From Felis catus (Eukaryota), in assembly GCF_018350175.1 (NCBI RefSeq), contig NC_058376.1, positions 134,106,001-134,170,000 on the forward strand: a stretch of DNA of 64,000 bases, given 5' to 3'. Below are positions 62,046-64,000 of the stretch, in pieces; position 1 is the stretch's first letter; every line of letters begins with the position of its first letter. Position numbers and translations under genes: made by a program. The notes beneath the pieces were generated by a model, which worked only from the letters and a program-made list of their open reading frames with translations, did not search any database and was not told where the DNA came from.

Positions 62046-62299
62046 ACATCCTTAACCATTTTTATACATCTAGTTTAGAACCATGGTATATTAGAACTGG
62101 ACGTGACTTTAAAGATCTTCTAGTCCTGTCTTTGTCAACACGAACTACAGATAATCCAGGTAGGAAATGATAATTGCTTTTATATCTATTACTAAGAACT
62201 GCTTCTTCCAGCTAGATGACCATCAGTAATTGCACTCTGTTGTTTCCCTACTGATCTACGGTGCCATAGATTATCCACCCGCAATCATCTGGCATGCCG

Positions 62300-62420
62300 G
62301 TGGCAAACAGGCAAATGAGGAAACTGAGAAGTGAAGTGACTTGTTTAGTTACACAGTGAGACAGTTGTAGGACTGGGACTCACTTCTAAATCTCCTGCCC
62401 TATGGTACAGCACTCCTCCT
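62300..62420 (-). mobile_element. MIR core
   Basis: caaatgaggaaactgagaagtgaagtgacttgtttagttacacag. Confidence 0.65.
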
Positions 62421-62460
62421 TCCTTATGCCCTACTGCTCCTCAAGAGTTTGCAACGCCGA

Positions 62461-62692
62461 GGGGCGCCTGGGTGGCGCAGTCGGTTAAGCGTCCGACTTC
62501 AGCCAGGTCACGATCTCGCGGTCCGTGAGTTCGAGCCCCGCGTCAGGCTCTGGGCTGATGGCTCAGAGCCTGGAGCCTGTTTCCGATTCTGTGTCTCCCT
62601 CTCTCTCTGCCCCTCCCCCGTTCATGCTCTGTCTCTCTCTGTCCCAAAAATAAATAAAAAAACGTTGAAAAAAAAATTAAAAAAAAAAAAAA
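62461..62692 (+). mobile_element. Very young felid SINE (SINEC_Fc)
   Basis: Close to consensus with a long A tail. A perfect 18-bp TSD, aagagtttgcaacgccga, is at 62443-62460 and 62693-62710. Confidence 0.98.
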
Positions 62693-64000
62693 AAGAGTTT
62701 GCAACGCCGAACTGCTAGCTTCAATTACTCTCTAAAATATGAGTTATTTTCTGCAACACAAGGTGAGGTCATGAAATGGAGACCCAGAATAACAAAGTTA
62801 TATTAAGAAAACTTCCCCAACTAAAAAATCTCAAAAAACTGTATACAATCAATAAAATTTGGGGGTTTCAAGTGTGGATCCACAAGTACTAGAATTATGT
62901 CTATCAGACATTTGGTACAAATGTTTTGGTATCGTTTGTTTATAATATCATTAAGTTCGAGGGATGAGGAAATGGCGATTTTAATAAAGATATGTTGAGT
63001 GGATAACACTGAGGACAGAGAGGGGAGGGGAAAGACTTGGAGCCAGGTACCAGAGAGATGCTTCCTGACTCTTCAGGAATGGACTGAAACTCCTCTAAGC
63101 ACCACCCCGTGCCACGAAAAGCCATAGCCAGGGGATGGCATACGTTTCTGCTGCTAGAATTACATTATATGAATTATGGGAGACACCATCCTTAGGTCCT
63201 TTATAACATCCGTAGGGATAACTTGATGATCATTTCAGAATCATTGTTCTAAGTCTCCACTAAGCCATCCATCAACGTAAATGAGCTTATATAACAAACA
63301 CACTTTACAGAGAACTACACTAGGCATAAATAATGGGGAAATACTCAGCTTTGGTGCAAAGGAACAAATAAGCAATATGTACACATGTTATACCTTGACA
63401 GGCTAGGTGACCTAAAACTGGTAATTTTTTAGTAGGAGTTTCTCGATTACCTTAATTTTATGGAAATTTTGTGGTTTTACTCCTAGTCAATAATTACTTT
63501 ATTGTGGAAGCACAAACATGCAAAAATAAAATATGACCCTTGACCTCATGGAGGATAAAATACAGCAACAACAAAAAACACAACCTGCAAAACACCATAC
63601 AAGTAATTATAAACTCAATTTTAGAAAATGGGTCACAAAAATAGATCTTAGATTTATGAACATAAAAAGGGATAGTTAAAATCACGGAAGTGGCTCCAGA
63701 AAGTGGTCTCCTGACTACTATGTCCAGTGATCTTCCCATGCTACCTCTTGCCTGCACTTTTTCTTTGTTTCACAGTCCCTAGATCCTTGGCCCTACTTCC
63801 TAAATATGCAGGCTGGGGCCCAGGAATAAACATTTCAAAGATAAGAACTAGTGCTTTGGATTTGGTCAGGCTTCATCCTCTCACCTTGTGAATTTCCAGT
63901 CTTTGATAAAACACAGCATTTATTTTCTCTATTCTTTATCATTGGCAATAGATACAAAGCATTTTAGGAGAAACTTGGGAATACTGGCAGGGTATTTCCA

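Noticed and set aside
10154-62718. Many 60-130 aa ORFs with similar peptides (MAQSVKHPTSAQV..., GAPGWRSRLSVRLQPGHDL..., ERERER...)
   Set aside because: They are translations of Can-SINE copies, not a gene family.
1-64000. A novel multi-gene system, CRISPR array or prokaryote-type locus
   Set aside because: The window is a mammalian intron landscape. The recurring ~200-bp repeats are dispersed SINEs with individual TSDs, not a repeat-spacer array. No unexplained long ORF exists.

Overview
This is mammalian nuclear DNA from a cat-family (felid) genome, judged from 23 Can-SINE-family insertions (several of the young SINEC_Fc type) and a young feline-type L1. The whole window lies inside TBC1D5 (a Rab GTPase-activating protein that acts on Rab7 and binds retromer), transcribed on the minus strand. 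Two coding exons are present, 39083-38941 (143 nt) and 16448-16342 (107 nt). They splice in frame across a 22.5-kb intron. The rest is intronic: SINEs, L1, HAL1, L2, MIR, solo LTRs, hAT MITEs, a U6 retropseudogene, microsatellites and 8 N-runs. I see no evidence of a new multi-gene system. The best leads are a probable ~1.6-kb inversion revealed by a split HAL1 element, an exon-like cassette with two acceptors just downstream of the 143-nt exon, several atypical retrotransposition products, and candidate CTCF/enhancer motifs. Repeat subfamily names come from my recollection of consensus sequences, and the boundaries of old repeats are approximate.
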